DNA of 64,000 bases from Perkinsus olseni (lineage: Eukaryota): positions 62,001 through 126,000 of the forward strand of contig JABANN010000020.1 of NCBI GenBank assembly GCA_013115125.1. Reading direction: 5' to 3'. The position numbers and the translations under genes were made by a program. The notes beneath the pieces were generated by a model. It was not told the origin of the DNA. It worked only from the letters and a program-made list of their open reading frames with translations, and did no database searches. The stretch's first letter is position 1. Each line of letters begins with the position of its first letter. Of the stretch, positions 13,801-28,800 are shown piece by piece.

Positions 13801-16800
13801 CAAGCTGCGGTGCCAGCCTGTCGGTCATCGAAGCAGCCACTGTGGGTAGCTCGCTGTCCCTTCGAAGCTTCTCTCGGGTTGGCAGCGGCTCGAGCATTCT
13901 CGGCTTGGCTAGGGTTGGCAGCTCGGCCAGCATCCTCGACTGGTGCAAAGTCGGTGACTCCGTCAGTGTGCTGAACTACGCTCACTTTGGCAGCTCCTTG
14001 TCATTGAGGAGCTTTGCTCGACTGGGGAAGTTTGCAACAGTGTTGGACTTCGTCAGGCTGGGCTCTTCACTGTCAGTGCGAGCCTTCGCTCGGATAGGTA
14101 GCAGTATGTCAGCTCTAGAGAATGTCCGATTCGGTCGGGACCTGTCCGTGCTCGACATGACCAACTTCGGCAGCACTATATCGCTCCGTAGCTTCATACG
14201 GTATGGCAGCGGTATCTCTGTTCTTGCCGAGTCCAGGCTAGGCTCGACGCTGACTGTACTCGACTGCACCACGCTGAGCAGCGCCCTCTCCCTCCGCTCA
14301 TTCATGCGGTTTGGCTCTACTATGTCGGTGGCCTCTAGTACGAGGCTCTCTGATACTCTGTCGGTGATATCGACCATCAACATGGGCAGCTCAATATCTC
14401 TGCGCTCGCTATCTCGCTTCGGTAGCTCCCTGACTCTGCTCGCCACGGCCCGCTTCGGTTCCAGCCTGTCGCTATTGGATATGGTCGATCTGGGCAGTTC
14501 AATCTCGCTTCGGAGCTACGCTAGATTCGGCAGCACAGCAACGGTTGCGAGCCTTGCTCGGTTGGGCGCTACACTCACCGTCCTTGATAGCTGTACCCTC
14601 GGCAGCTCTCTCTCACTGAGAACTATGTGCAAGCTTGGCAGTGCCTTGTCAGTTCTAGAGCCAGTCAGAGCCGCATCGACTCTTTCTGCCCTGGGCTGGG
14701 CAAGGCTCGGTAGCTCTGCATCTGTTCTGGAACAAGTCGAGTTTGGGAGTACCCTTTCCCTCCGCAGCTTCGCTCGGCTAGGCAGTGAGCTCAGTTTGGT
14801 TGACCTCGCCCACCTGGCAAGTAGCGTGTCGATGCGTTCCATGGCCAGATTGGGGAGTAGCCTCTCGACACTCCAGATAGCGCGGCTTGGCCAATCCTTG
14901 TCGGTCCTCGACGTCGCCAGCCTCGGCAGCTCTCTGTCTCTGAGAGCGGCTATCAGGTGTGGCAGTGGCCTGTCTGTAATCGATAGCCTCAGAGCTGGTT
15001 CAACTCTGTCAGTCCTAGACACGACACGTCTTGGTAGTGCTCTCTCGGTATTGGGTTCTACCACCCTCGGCAGCAGCCTGTCTCTGCGTAGCTTCGCCAG
15101 GCTTGGTAGTCGAGCCACTGTGCTTGACTTTACGCACTTCGGAAGCTCCTTATCACTCCGATCAACCGCCCGATTGGGCAGCGGCGTGAGCGTGCTGACG
15201 AGGGCCAATCTTGGCAGCTCACTCTCGGTCGTCGACTACACCATCCTAAGCAGCGCTCTCTCGGTACGACAGTTACTACGTATTGGTAGCAGCCTATCCC
15301 TCATCCACACAGCTAGGTTGGGAGAGACCCTCTCGGTCCTTGACTGCGCTACTCTAGGATCCAGCCTGTCCTTGAGGGTTATGCTCCGTGTGGGGAGTGG
15401 TTTGAGTATCCTCACTTCCGCAAGGGTCGGCAACACGCTGTCTGTACTGGATATCGCTACACTATCATCTAGCCTGTCGTTGAGGGACTTCCTCAGAGTT
15501 GGCAGCTCCTTGTCTATCGTCTCCAAGGCTCGGCTATCGAGCACCCTCTCTGTCATTGACTCGGCCTTCTTTGGTTCCACGGTTTCCCTTCGCTCCCTCT
15601 TGCGGGCTGGTTCAGCGGTGAGCGCTATACAGTCAGCGAGGCTCGGGTCGGACCTTTCTACGCTGGACGTGGTCAACTTTGGTAGCTCGCTGTCACTGAG
15701 GAGCTTCCTCAGGCTCGGTAGCGTCGTGTCTGCCGTCTCATATGCTAGAGCCGGCACGACACTCAGCGTAGTAGACTCTGTCAGTCTCGGCAGTACCCTC
15801 TCTCTTCGAAGCATGGCCAAGTTTGGCAGTTCTGTGTCCCTCCTCAAGTCAGCCAGCCTGGGCCTTAGCCTATCCGTGATTGACCACACCATGGTTAGCA
15901 GCTCGACTTCGCTACGCTCATTCGCACGGCTGGGAAGTTCTCTCTCCTCGTTCGCCTCCTGCCGTATTGGTAGTGCCCTATCAGCCCTGGGTGCAGCTAC
16001 TCTCGGCAGTTCACTCTCTGTGCGATCACTGGCTCGCTTCGGCAGCAGCATATCCGTGCAGAGCCGTTCGACCATTGGGGACGCATTCTCTGCCCTTGGG
16101 GTTGCTGAGTTTGGCAGCCACGCCTCCGTCCTAGGCTGCGTGGCGCTCGGGAGCTCCCTCTCACTGCGGTCCTTCGCAAGGCTTGGAAGCAAGCTCTCAG
16201 CGCTCGATATGACCGACCTGGGCAGCTCCCTGTCAGTCCGTTCATTCGGCCGTCTTGGTAGCGGTTGCTCGGTATTTGGTAACCTTCAGCTCGGCAGCGG
16301 TCTTTCTGTCGTTGACATGGCAAACTTCGGGTCAAGCTTGTCCCTGCGAACCTTCTTCCGGCTAGGCAGTGGTCTCTCAGTAGTCGGGGCCTCTCGTCTG
16401 GGGTCATCATTCTCGTGTTTGGACTGGGCCCGACTCGGCAGCTTCACTTCGGTACTAGAAGAAGTCAGCCTTGGCAGTTCCCTGTCCCTGCGATCCTTCA
16501 GTCGTCTAGGCTCGAGAGCGAGCATCCTAGACTTCGTCAACCTTGGGTCTTCGCTCTCTATACGGTCGGTCACTAGGCTAGGCAGCCTCATATCAGCGCT
16601 CAGTACGGCACGGCTGGGCAGTACCCTCACTGTATTGGACCAGTGCACTCTTGGGAGTAGCCTTTCCCTCAGAGCTGCAGCTAGGCTCGGCAGTACTATC
16701 TCCTTGCTGGGGTCGGGTAGGTGCGGTCAAGCCATCACTGTCCTAGATGCAGTCACTCTTGGCAGCTCCCTGTCACTCCGCTCGTTCCTGCGGCACGGCA

Positions 16801-19800
16801 GTAAATTATCTGTCCTAGATTACACCATTCTGGGCAGCAGCTTGTCCGTGCGGCGTATGGCTCGCTTTGCAGCCAAGATTTCGGTCTGTGGCGGTGTATC
16901 CTTTGGCAGCTCACTATCACTGCGGTCATTTATTCGACTAGGCAGTCACATGAGCGTGTTAGGTGACTCAAGCCTCGGTAAGGCACTCTCGGTCATTGAA
17001 CAGGCCGAGTTCGGCAGCAGCCTATCACTACGGAGTTTCGCTCGGTTGTCTAGCAAGGTGTCCATTTTGGACTACCTACATCTGGGCAGCTCCCTCTCCC
17101 TTCGAGCTTCCACTAGACTCGGTAGCGGGATCTCTGTCATCTCCGTAGCTCGACTTGGTAGCACGGCGTCCATTCTAGACTGGACTAAGTTGGGTAGCAC
17201 GGCATCAGTGCTGGATACTGTGGCGTTCGGTAGCTCTCTCAGTCTGAGGTCCTTTGGTCGCCTCGGCAGCAAAGTCAGCGTCCTGGACTTCGCCACTCTA
17301 GGCAGTAGCCTGTCTCTGCGCGCTCTGCTGAGGGCAGGAAGCTCGATCACTGCAGCTCAGTGTGCGCGTATTGGTACGACTATCTCCGTCTTGGAGGAGT
17401 GCGCACTAGGCAGCGCCCTCTCCCTTCGATCGTTCATGCGCATCGGCAGTACACTGACAGTGATGGACTCCGCTGTCCTCGGGAGCACCCTCTCTGCGTT
17501 GGACCATACACGTCTGGGCAGCTCCTTGAGCGTCCTTGACAGCTGCTGGTTCGGCAGCTCTCTATCGCTGAGGTCATTCGCTCGGCTGGGCAGTTCACTT
17601 ACACTACTCGACCACGTGGTGCTCGGCAGTTCGCTGTCACTTCGCGATGTTGCTCGCCTCGGCAGCTCAGTGTCCGTCATCTCCCAAACACGCTTGGGCG
17701 CGGACTTGTCTGTTCTCGATAGCACCGCCTTTGGCAGCAGCCTGTCACTGCGATCATTCGCCCGACTGGGGAGCTCAGCTACTGTCCTCGACTACGCTAC
17801 ACTGGGAAGCTCCCTCTCAGTGAGGTCCATGCTTAGGCTAGGCAGCGACCTGTCCGTAGCCACCCATACACGCATCGGTGACTCTCTCACGGTCCTGCAT
17901 CAAGCAACTCTCGGCAGCTCCCTCTCTCTACGGAGCTTTGCTCGTCTTGGTAGCAAGCTGACTGTGCTGGACTATACTACCTTCGGGTCTTCCTTATCCC
18001 TGAGGGGGGCCTCCAGGATCGGTAGCTACATGTCAGTCTTCGATGTCGCCAATCTTGGCAAGAGCCTGTCTACCCTCGACGCCGTTAATCTAGGCAGCTC
18101 GTTGTCTGTGAGAGGGTTCATGAGGTTTGGTAGCACCATCTCTGTGCTGGAAGAGTCTAGACTGGGCAGCAGCATGTCGGTGCTAGAGTGGGCCGGCCTC
18201 GGCAGCTCCCTATCGCTGCGGTCATTCGTGCGTTTGGGTAGTTCCCTGTCGTCGCAAGCTGCGGTCCTGCTCGGCTCCGCCACTTCAGTGCTGGATGCGT
18301 TGACTCTCGGTAGTTCCCTCTCGGTGAGGTCCCTGGCCAGGTTCGGCAGTGTCCTCTCTACCATCTCGGCCACCCAATGTGGCTCTTCCCTGAGTATCCT
18401 GGATGCCACAACCCTCGGAAGCTCGCTCTCTGTCCGCTCATTCGCGAGATTCGGATCGAGTCTCACAGCCCTGGATCTAGCATCTCTGGGCAGTTCCCTA
18501 TCAGTCGCTAGCTTTATGCGCCTGGGCAGCACCCTCACAGTCCTTTCTACCACTCGTCTGGGCGAATCCCTGTCGCTGCTGGACTGCATCAACCTGGGTA
18601 GCACCATGTCCTTGCGAGGCTTCACGAGGTTCGGTTCGGTCCTATCGGTAGCGGAAGCCTCAACATTCGGTAGTCATGCAACGGTCATAGACTTTGTTAA
18701 TCTCGGCAGTAGCCTGTCCTTGAGGAGCTACGCCCGGTTCGGCAGCACAGTGTCTATCATCGACTACCTCGCTTTGGGTAGCTCCCTCTCTGTTCGAGGG
18801 CACACCCGCCTGGCCAGCACCCTCTCGGTCGCTGCTGCGACTCGCTTGGGCGATTCACTCTCAGCAGTGTCCCAGCTACATCTAGGCAGCTCGCTGTCTC
18901 TCCGAAGCTATGCTAGGCTTGGCAGTAAGACTTCCACACTGGACTTCGCCCTGGTTGGAAGCTCCCTTTCTGTCCGCTCCCTGGCGAGATTGGGCAGCGT
19001 CGCCAGTGTCGCTTCCATAGCCCGCTTGGGCCAGAGTCTGTCGACTTTGGATTCTCTCACTTTGGGCTCATCCTTATCGCTCAGATCTTTCGCAAGGTTT
19101 GGATCCAAGCTGAGCGTCCTAGATTTTACTCACCTGGGCTCATCGCTCTCCATCCGTGCAGCTTCGCGGCTAGGCAGCTCTGCTTCTGTGTATGCCGCCG
19201 TCAACATAGGGCAATCGCTGTCGGTCATCAGCCTAGCCCATTGCGGCAGCTCTCTATCTCTACGGTCGTTCCTTCGAGTTGGAAGCAGCTGCTCTACCGT
19301 GAGCTCGGCACGCCTCGGTGAGAGGCTCTCTGTACTCGACTTGACCAACCTGGCTAGTTCGCTGTCACTGAGGCAGTTTATTCGACTAGGTAGCTCCGCA
19401 TCTGTCTACGGTGTCGGCAGAATGGGTTCGACTCTGTCGGCTCTGGACTATGTCACCCTGGGCAGCACCCTCTCCCTGCAGTCCCTGGCAAGAATGGGCA
19501 GCTCCATCTCAGCGTACGGCTTCACGCGTCTGGGGTCCACCCTAACTGTCCTCGACTACGCCATGCTCGGCAGCTCTCTATCGGTCCGCAGCCTTGCACG
19601 CTTCGGTAGCACCGTCTCGGTGGTTGGCAGGACGAAGCTGGCTCAGGCTACCTCCCTGCTCGACTGTATAAGTCTCGGTAGCAGCCTGTCCCTTAGGGCA
19701 GTCTTGCGGATGGGCTCCTCAGTCTCCGCGGCTTTCGTCTCCAGGCTCGGAGCCTCCGTAAGTGTGACCTCGTTCGTCCACCTCGGCAGCAGCCTGTCGG

Positions 19801-22800
19801 TGAGGACTGTTGCTCGGTTCGGTAGTTCCGTATCCGTGCTGGCGACTGGTAGACTGTCCAGTACTCTGTCGGTCCTTGACTGCGCTGTGCTTGCTAGCAG
19901 CCTATCTCTGCGTAACATGTGCCGCGTCGGCAGTGCTATGTCCGTGCTGGGGGGTGGCCGCATGGGTAAGCACTTGTCCGTAGTGGAGGCTGCCATGTTC
20001 GGCAGTGCACTGTCACTGCGGTCTTTCGCTAGGCTGGGCAGCGAGCTTTCGACCTTCGCTGCCTGCAAGGTTGGGTCCGCTGTATCAGTCCTGAGCGAGC
20101 AGTCCCTGGGAAGCTCTCTATCCTTGAGATCATTCGCCAGGCTCGGCAGCAAGCTCAGCGTACTGGACCAGGCCCTTCTCGGCAGCTCCGTTTCATTGAG
20201 GTCCTATGCTAGGCTGGGTAGCACGGTGTCCATCTATGCTGACCAAAGACTTGGGCAATCGCTCTCGGTACTAGCGGCGTCGCATCTCGGCAGCTCGCTC
20301 TCTCTCCGAGGCTTCGCTAGGCTAGGCAGTGCGCTGTCTGTCACTGATTCCCTCAGAGTCGGTAGTGCAGCGTCTATCCTCTCTTGGGCTCGCACGTCGG
20401 GATCTCTATCCGTCCTAGATGCCACGTCCTTCGGCAGCACCCTGTCGCTACGAGGCTACGGCAGGCTGGGTTCTAGTGCTTCCGCCCTCGATTATGTCAC
20501 TCTTGGCAGCTCTCTCTCCGTTCGGGCTATACTCAGGGTTGGCAGCTCCGCTTCCGTTTACGGTCAAGCGGCGTTGGGCTCTAGGCTCTCGGTCCTCGAT
20601 GCTGTCGGCATCGGCAGCTCACTGTCCCTGCGATCCCTAGCCAGGTTCGGTAGCAGTAGCTCTGTCTTCTCTGCTACTCGGCTGGGAGAGTCCCTCAGTG
20701 TACTTGATACGATAACCCTCGGCAGCTCCTTGTCTCTGAGGGCGGTCAGCAGGTTAGGTAGCTCTGTGTCGGTGTATAGTGATGGGCTTATTGGAGCCCA
20801 ACTCACTGTCCTCGCCCAAGCCACCCTAGGCAGCTCACTCTCTCTGAGGTCATTCTCGAGGTTGGGGAGTAGCGTGTCGGCTCTGGACTACACTACGCTA
20901 GGCAGCAACCTCTCTCTGCGATCCATGGCTAGATTCGGATCCGCGGTGTCAGCGGCAGGTAAGGCGTTCCTGGGCGATAGCCTGTCTGCCCTGGGCGCGT
21001 CCACCTTGGGTAGCTCCCTATCCTTGCGGTCCCTGGCCCGTCTTGGGAGCAAGGTTTCCATCGTGGACTACTCCTGTCTGAGCAGCTCACTCTCCTTGAG
21101 ACAACTCGCTCGGTTCGGTAGCTGCCTATCAGTAGTGGACCGTACCAGACTCGGCAGGGCCCTCTCCGTCGTAGATTTGGTTCAGCTTGGAAGCTCCCTC
21201 TCAGTTCGGAGCATCGCCCGCTTCGGTTCCTCGATCTCTGCTGCAGCCCACAGCAGGATCGGCCTTAGCGTATCGGTGCTGGGTTACCTCCTCCTGGGTA
21301 GCACGCTATCCGTACGCTCCGTCTCTAGGCTCGGCTCTGCTATCTCGGCTACAGGAGGGGCCTATGCAGCCTCTATAAGTGTCGTCGGTGCTGGCCATCT
21401 CGGAAGCTCCCTGTCGTTACGCAGCTTCGCCAGGTTTGGTAGCAAGCTGAGTATCCTGGACGCCCTAGCCCTGGGCAGCAGCCTCTCTGTCCGCGCCTTT
21501 GCTAGACTTGGTAGCTCCATCTCAGTAGCGACCACTGCAAGTCTGGGATCTGCCGTTTCCGTGCAGTGCGGTATGAATGTCGGCGAAGTTCTGTCCGTAT
21601 ACGACAGCGTCAGCTTCGGTAGCTCCCTCTCCTTGCGGAGCTTCTCCCGACTAGGGAGCAAATTGTCGGTGTTGGACCAAGGACTGTTCGGCAGTTCTCT
21701 GTCCCTGAGGTCCTTCGCTCGCCTAGGCAGCTCTACTTCAGTCACCGGGTCGCATGTGGTAGGCTCGGCGGTCAGTGCCCTCAGTCGAGCGCGCCTTGGC
21801 CTCACCTTATCTGCCTTTGATGCTGCATCCCTGGGGAGCTCCCTCTCTCTAAGGAGCGTTGCTCGCTTCGGAAGTACTCTCTCCCTTGTGGCATCGGGTA
21901 GCCTGGCATCCAGCCTGACTGTCCTTGACTTTGTGACGCTCGGTAGCTCACTGTCGCTCCGGGGACTTGCTCGCATTGGCAGTGTGACCTCAGTCGGCAT
22001 GAGTGCTATGCTTGGTAGCGGTCTGTCAGCCCTCGACTGTGTGAGCCTTGGTTCGACCCTCTCGCTCAGAGCAGTGGCTCGCATGGGCAGCGGCCTTTCC
22101 TTGTTGAAGGATGCTCGGCTGAGTAGTTCTGTCAGCACTATCGGTTTCTCGACCCTGGCCAGTTCACTATCTCTACGCTCCTTACTGAGATGTGGATCGA
22201 CGGTCTCCGCCTTGTCTGCCTCCGCCCTCGGAAGCTCCCTCTCAGCACTGGGTGAAGCCTCTCTGGGTAGCTCACTATCCTTACGTGCCTTTGCCCGGTT
22301 CGGGTCCGCTCTATCAGTCGTGAGCTCCTGCAGCTTGTCATCCAGCCTCTCTGTCATCTCACATACTGAGATCGGCAGCTCGCTCTCACTGAGCAGCTTC
22401 GCCCGTTTCGGTAGCTCCTTCTCTCTGTTCGCTGCGGGCAATCTCGGCGGCGGCTTATCCGTATTGGACTGTTCCACACTCGGTAGCTCGCTCTCGTTGC
22501 GGAGTACGGCGCGGGTGGGTTCTTACATCAGCGTCTCAGCCACTGCTCGGTACGGCTTCGGCCTCTCGTTGCTCGGCTCAGCCCACTGCGGTAGTTCCCT
22601 TTCACTACGCAGCTTCGCCCGACTAGGCAGCAGCGCCTCGGTGCTCGACTATCTCGCCTTGGGTAGCACGCTCTCTGTGAGGGCTGCGGCACGGCTAGGG
22701 AGCTGCATATCGGTTGCTGGATCGGGCTCCTATGGCTCAGCACTGTCGACTCTCTCTAATGTGAGGTTTGGCTCCGTGCTCTCAACACTCGACTCGGTCA

Positions 22801-25800
22801 TGCTGGGTAGCGGCCTCTCCCTACGTACCTTCGCCAGATGGGGTAGTGCTTGTTCCGTCGCCTCTGGCACACAGCTTGGGAAGACCGTCTCTGCCCTCGA
22901 CTCGACGGCGCTGGGGAGCTCTCTTTCCTTGAGAGCGATGGCTCGTATCGGTAGCGAACTATCTGTCTACTGTGCGTCCAAGCTTGGAAGCTCCCTCACC
23001 GCATTGGACTTCACTACCATGGGCAGTTCCCTCTCCGTGAGATCCCTGGTTCGCTTTGGCAGCGTCGTCTCGGTGTACGCCGAGTCCCGCCTGGGTAGCT
23101 CCCTATCGATCATGCTCACCACTAGCCTCGGGAGCTCGCTGTCTTTGCGGTCCTTTGCGAGGGTTGGTAGTCAGATGTCGGTCTTCGACCTAGCCAGGCT
23201 CGGCTTGACCCTCTCTGCGCTCGATAGCGTGAGCCTGGGGAGCACCCTCTCACTAAGAAGTGCTGCCAGGCTGGGCAGCGTTGCCTCTGTCCTTGGCCGC
23301 TCGGTACTGTCCGGTAGTCTATCGGCACTGGAGTCGTCGGCTCTAGGGAGCTCATGCTCTCTGCGTAGCTTCGCCCGTCTAGGCAGCACCTGCTCTATCG
23401 CTGGTATAGCTGGCTTCGGATCGACGGTCAGCGTCTTCAACATGATGAGCCTAGGCAGCACACTGTCCTTGCGTGCCATGGCCAAGTTCGGTAGCAGCGC
23501 CTCAGTATATGGTGCAAGCCTATTGGGGTCCTCCATCTCCGTCCTCGCTGCCACGACCCTCGGTAGCTCTCTATCAGTACGCTCTTTTACAAGATACGGT
23601 AGCGAGCTAACTGTCTTAGAGCAGGTTGCCTTTGGCAGCTCTCTATCCCTACGGTCTTTTGGTAGGCTAGGCAGCCAAGCCTCGGTCCTGGACACGGTGC
23701 TCTTGGGGAGCTCTCTCTCTGTGCGTGGGTTCTTCCGCCATGGCAGCGCACTCTCTGTAGTGGGCCATACGGCACTCAGTGATAGCCTCACAGTACTGGC
23801 CTCGGCATCTCTCGGGAGCTCACTGTCCCTCAGAAGCTTTGCTAGGCTCGGCAGCAGCGCCAGTGTCCTGGATTTCCTCCAGTTGGGGAGCTCCCTTTCT
23901 GTTCGAGGAATCACGAGACTCGGCAGCTCGATATCCGTGGCTCAGCGCGGCTCCCTTGGCTCATCCATGTCAGTTCTCGGATCCCTCACGGTCGGTAGCT
24001 CATTGTCATTGAGAAGCTTCAGTAGGCTGGGTAGCCATATCCGATGCTGGTCCGACCTAACCGTTCTTGACTTGGTCAACATCGGTAGCTCGGTCTCGCT
24101 TAGAAGCACTGCCCGCCTCGGTAGCGGCCTGAGCGTATCGGGCCTTGCTCGCTTCGGCAAGTCAATCACCCTCCTCGACTACGCTAGCTTCGGCAGCACG
24201 CTGTCACTGAGGAGTATTGCCAGGTTGGGTAGCATCATGTCTGTGATGAGCGTAGCTACCTGTGGATCCTCCGTGTCGGTCTTAGACCGTTGCGAGTTGG
24301 GCAGTTCCCTCTCGTTGAGGGGTTTCTCGCGCCTTGGCAGCAAGACGTCCATACTGGACCATGTTAACCTTGCCAGTGTATTGTCACTGAGGAGCTTCGT
24401 CCGCTTAGGCTCATCTGCAAGTGTCCTCGGTCGAGCATCTCTGGGTACGACTCTGTCGGTGTTAGACTGTACGAGTCTTGGCAGCTCGATGTCCCTACGG
24501 TCCTTGGCTAGGCTGGGCAGTGGCATTAGCCTCTTGGGCTTGGCACGCTTCTCATCTTCTATGAGCCTTATTGACAGTGCTGGATTCGGATCGACCCTCT
24601 CGCTTAGGTCGGCAGCTAGGCTCGGTAGTAGTCTCTCTACTTTCACACGATGTAGTCTCGGGTCATCCTTGTCAACGCTCGCAGGGGCCAGCTTTGCCAG
24701 CTCTCTGTCATTGCGGTCATTCTCGAGGTTGGGGTCGAGCGTCACTGCGCTCGACTACATTAGCCTGGGAAGCTCTCTGTCATTAAGGTCGACAGCAAGA
24801 CTGGGAAGCAGCTTTTCAGCACTGTCTACAGGCCGCTGCGGAGGTTCCTGCTCGGTCTTAGACTCATCCCTCTTAGCAAGCTCTCTGTCGCTGCGCAGTC
24901 TGGCACGCTTAGGGTCTTCCGTTTCCGCCCTTGGCTTCGCCAGTCTTGGCTCTAATCTGTCCGTGGTCAATGCTGCTAACTTCGGCAGCTCGCTATCTCT
25001 GCGTAGCTTCTCTCGGTTGGGCTCGAAGCTCACTGCTTTGGACTATGCTACCCTTGGGAGCTCTCTCTCACTAAGAAGTGCTGCTCGCCTTGGGAGTGTC
25101 ATGAGCGTGTTCTCTTCGGCCCAATTCCGCAAGGCCATCTCGACAATGTCATCTGCATCGCTGGGCAGTGCCTTGTCTCTAAGCTCCTTCGCAAGACTTG
25201 GTAGTAATCTCTCCTTGGCTTCCTATGCACGGTTGGCTGGCACTGTATCCGCATTGGACTGCGTCTCCCTGGGCAGCTCCCTGTCCTTGAGGTCCACGCT
25301 CAGGGTTGGAAGCTGTACCTCAGTGTCGAGCTCCACTAGACTAGGCAGCAGCCTCTCCTGCTTGAGCTTCGTCCACATGAGCAGTTCCCTATCAGTCCGG
25401 AGTTTCGCACGCCTGGGGTCGACAGCTTCCCTTCTCGGTGGAATATCCATTGGTAAACGCTGTTCTGCAGTCGACCTGGTCAGCTTCGGCAGTGCCATCT
25501 CTCTGAGGTCATACACTCGCCTCGGTAGCTCCCTATCAACACTTGCCACCGCCCGCCTTGGGTCGACAATATCAGCCTTCGACTGCTCAATGATAGCCTC
25601 GTCGCTCTCCTTGAGAAGCTTCAGTCGGATCGGCTCATTGCTTTCCTCTGTTGCTAGCGTGCGTCTCGGCAAGGATCTGTCGATCTTGGACTACCTAAGT
25701 CTCGGCAGCTCTCTGTCCCTCCGCTCGTTCTCGCGGCTCGGTAGTGAACTCAGTATCAGCGCCACAGCTAACCTCGGGTCAAGCCTTACTGTCTTCGACA

Positions 25801-28800
25801 CGGTTATGCTAACGAGCTCCCTGTCACTGCGGCAAGTTGCTCGATTCGGTAGCACGCTTTCGGCATACTCTGCTACTAAGCTTGGCCATCAGCTCTCGGC
25901 ATTGGACGGCTGCTTCGTCGGTAGTTCTCTGTCGCTGAGGTCCTTCGCGCGACTAGGCAGTTCAGTCTCGGTTGGGACGGACCTCAAGGTAGCCGGATCG
26001 GCTACGATCGGTGGGGTGCTGGAGATGGAGGATGGTGTGTCGATCGCCAGCTTCCTCCGCCTCGGTAGCACCCTGTCTGTAGCAAGCGTATCACGCTTGA
26101 GCGACAGTATATCCGTTCTCGGCTACGGTCATCTGGGCAGCAGCCTGTCTTTGCGGTCCTTCTCTAGACTGGGGTCTTCAGTGTCCTCATTCGGTTGTGC
26201 CAGACTGGGCGATGCAATAAGCGTCCTCGGTTCTACAGAGCTTGCCTCCTCTCTATCGCTACGAGGCTTCAGTAGAGTGGGCAGCTCTATGTCTGTGCAA
26301 TCTGGTTCCGCGCTCGGCAGCTCACTCAGTACCCTCGATATGACGTCCCTTGGAAGCAGTCTATCATTGCGCTCATTCCTACGGGTTGGCGATAGCATCT
26401 CCACTCTTACCAACGCTCGCCTCGGAGCTGGGCTGTCCCTAATCGATATGGGGCAGATAGGTAGCTGTGTATCGCTCCGTCAATTCGCAAGACTTGGCAG
26501 CACACTTTCGTTGGTGTCGTTGGCGAGGCTCAGTGGATCGTTATCAGTGGTATCCTTCACTGAGCTCGGTAGCAGTCTGTCTTTGAGATATCTTGCTCGA
26601 TTCGGAAGTGCCCTCTCCGTCCGAGAGAGCTTAAGGTTGGGTAAGTCCCTCAGTGTGATTGAAATCGCCACTCTGAGCAGTTCGCTGTCGCTGCGCAACT
26701 TCCTCCGTGCCGGTAGTTCAGCCTCCGTCGTGGGCCGCTGCCGACTCGGTAGCACGCTCACGGCTCTGGCCTCTACCAACTTCGGTAGCTCTCTCTCCTT
26801 GCGGTGCTTCTCGAGGCTGGGGAGTGCGATATCAGCCTATGGTTTGGCTAGACTGGGCAGTTCGATATCGACCCTGGATCTCATACACTGTGGCTCCGCT
26901 ATGTCTCTACGGTCCATGATCAGAGCCGGGAGCTCTCTGTCGGTCGCTGGATCAAGGCTTGGGGTGGGCAATCAACTGTCTGCTCTCGGATGCGGCCATC
27001 TGGGAAGCAGTCTGTCCCTGAGAGGCTTCTCCAGATTTGGCTCGGGTCTATCTGTCCTGTCCAGCTCCTACCACGGTGCATCCTTATCGGTGCTCTCTCA
27101 GGTTGGCCTTGGCAGTGCCCTCTCTCTGCGAAGTTTCTGCCGGCTCGGAAGTTCCCTGTCGACAACGAGTAGCTTCCGCTTGGGTTCTGTGCTGTCTATC
27201 ATTGGTGCTGCGGAGTTCAGCAGCTCCCTATCCGTGAGGAGCTATCATCGTGCTGGCAGTGGATGCTCAGCGCTCGGTCTCACAAGGCTCGGCCTGTCCC
27301 TAAGTGCGCTCGATTATGTTGCACTGGGCAGCTCAATGTCGTTGAGGAGCTTCGCTAAAGTTGGCAGCAGCGCTTCGCTGGTGGGAGGTGCGATGCTCGG
27401 CTCGGCTCTCAGTGTCATAGGGCAGGCCTCCCTCGGGAGCTCCTTATCTCTTCGGTCATTCGCTAGACTGTCCGACACGGTATCGGTACTAGACTTCGTG
27501 ACTTTGGCCAGCTCTCTGTCGCTTAAATCCTTCGCCAGAGTCGGACAGCACACTTCTGTGTTGGACCGGGCAAACTTCGGCAGTGCCTTGTCCTTGCGCA
27601 ACTTCCTCAGGATCGGGAGCGGTCTCTCTCTAGTCAGCGCTGCGAGGTTCGGTGCTGGCCTGAGCTTGATTGATGAGGTTCACTTCGGTAGCTCCCTCTC
27701 CCTCCGGTCCGTAACGCGGTTTGGCAGCGGGGTATCGGTCTTCGCTGGAGCACAACTGTCATCAGCACTCTCTGTTGTTGACTCTACTGCTTTTGGCAGC
27801 TCGCTGTCTCTGCGTAGTTTTGCCCGACTGGGTAGCCACGCTAGCGTTGCGGACTTCACGATGCTTTCGAGCTCGCTGTCTGTCCGCAGCTTGGCTCGTC
27901 TGGGCAGCGGTCTCAGTGTTGCCAAGCAAACCTGGCTGGGAAGCACCGTATCCCTCGTCGAGTATTGCAACTTGGGCAGCTCCGTCTCCCTGCGTAGCTT
28001 TGCTAGGATGAGTAGCAAGCTCTCCATCTTGGACTACGTGGCCCTCGGTAGCTCTTTGTCGCTGAGGAGTTCGCTCAGGCTGGGCAGCGCCCTGTCTATG
28101 GTATCAACTGCACGGTTCGGATCTTCAATCTCGGCTTTGGACCTAGCCTCCTTCGGAAGCACTCTTTCTCTCAGAGGAGTGGGTCGCTTCGGAAGCGGTA
28201 TGTCGGTACATGGCCTGGCCCGTATCGGGTCACTGTACCAGCTATCGGTTATTGCAATGAACACCCTGAGCAGCTCTCTATCACTAAGATCTTTCGCGCG
28301 GTTAGGCAGTAACCTGTCCGCATTGGACTACGTTAGCCTGGGTAGCTCTCTATCCCTGTCTACGACAGCACGACTCGGTGGCTCTATTTCAATATTTGGC
28401 ACTGGTCGGCTTGGCAGCAGCATATCCGTTCTTGATGCAGTCAGGCTCGGCAGTGCACTGTCACTGCGCCATTTCTTGAGGATGGGTAGCGTCGTATCCA
28501 CTGCCTCGAGCACCACGATGGGTGCTTCGCTAAGCACGGTCGGCGCGACCATGTTCGGCAGCTCGTTGTCCTTGAGGAGCTTCAGTCGGCTAGGTAGTTC
28601 CCTCAGCGCCCTCGACTGCGCTTTGCTGGCCAGCTCCCTATCCCTCCGATCCGTTGCTCGTTTTGGCAGCTCCTTGTCGGCGCAGTCCCTCGCAGCACTA
28701 GGCAGGGCGCTATCTGTCGTAGGCAGTACATTGATGAGCAGCTCATTATCCCTCCGTGGTTTTGCTCGCTTCGGTAGTTCTCTCTCGGTCACTGGCTTAG

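Noticed and set aside
24030-24062. GSHIRCWSDLTV as a compensated frameshift (another frame reads AISDAG)
   Set aside because: It is equally well explained as a divergent half-unit, and this cannot be resolved without orthologues.
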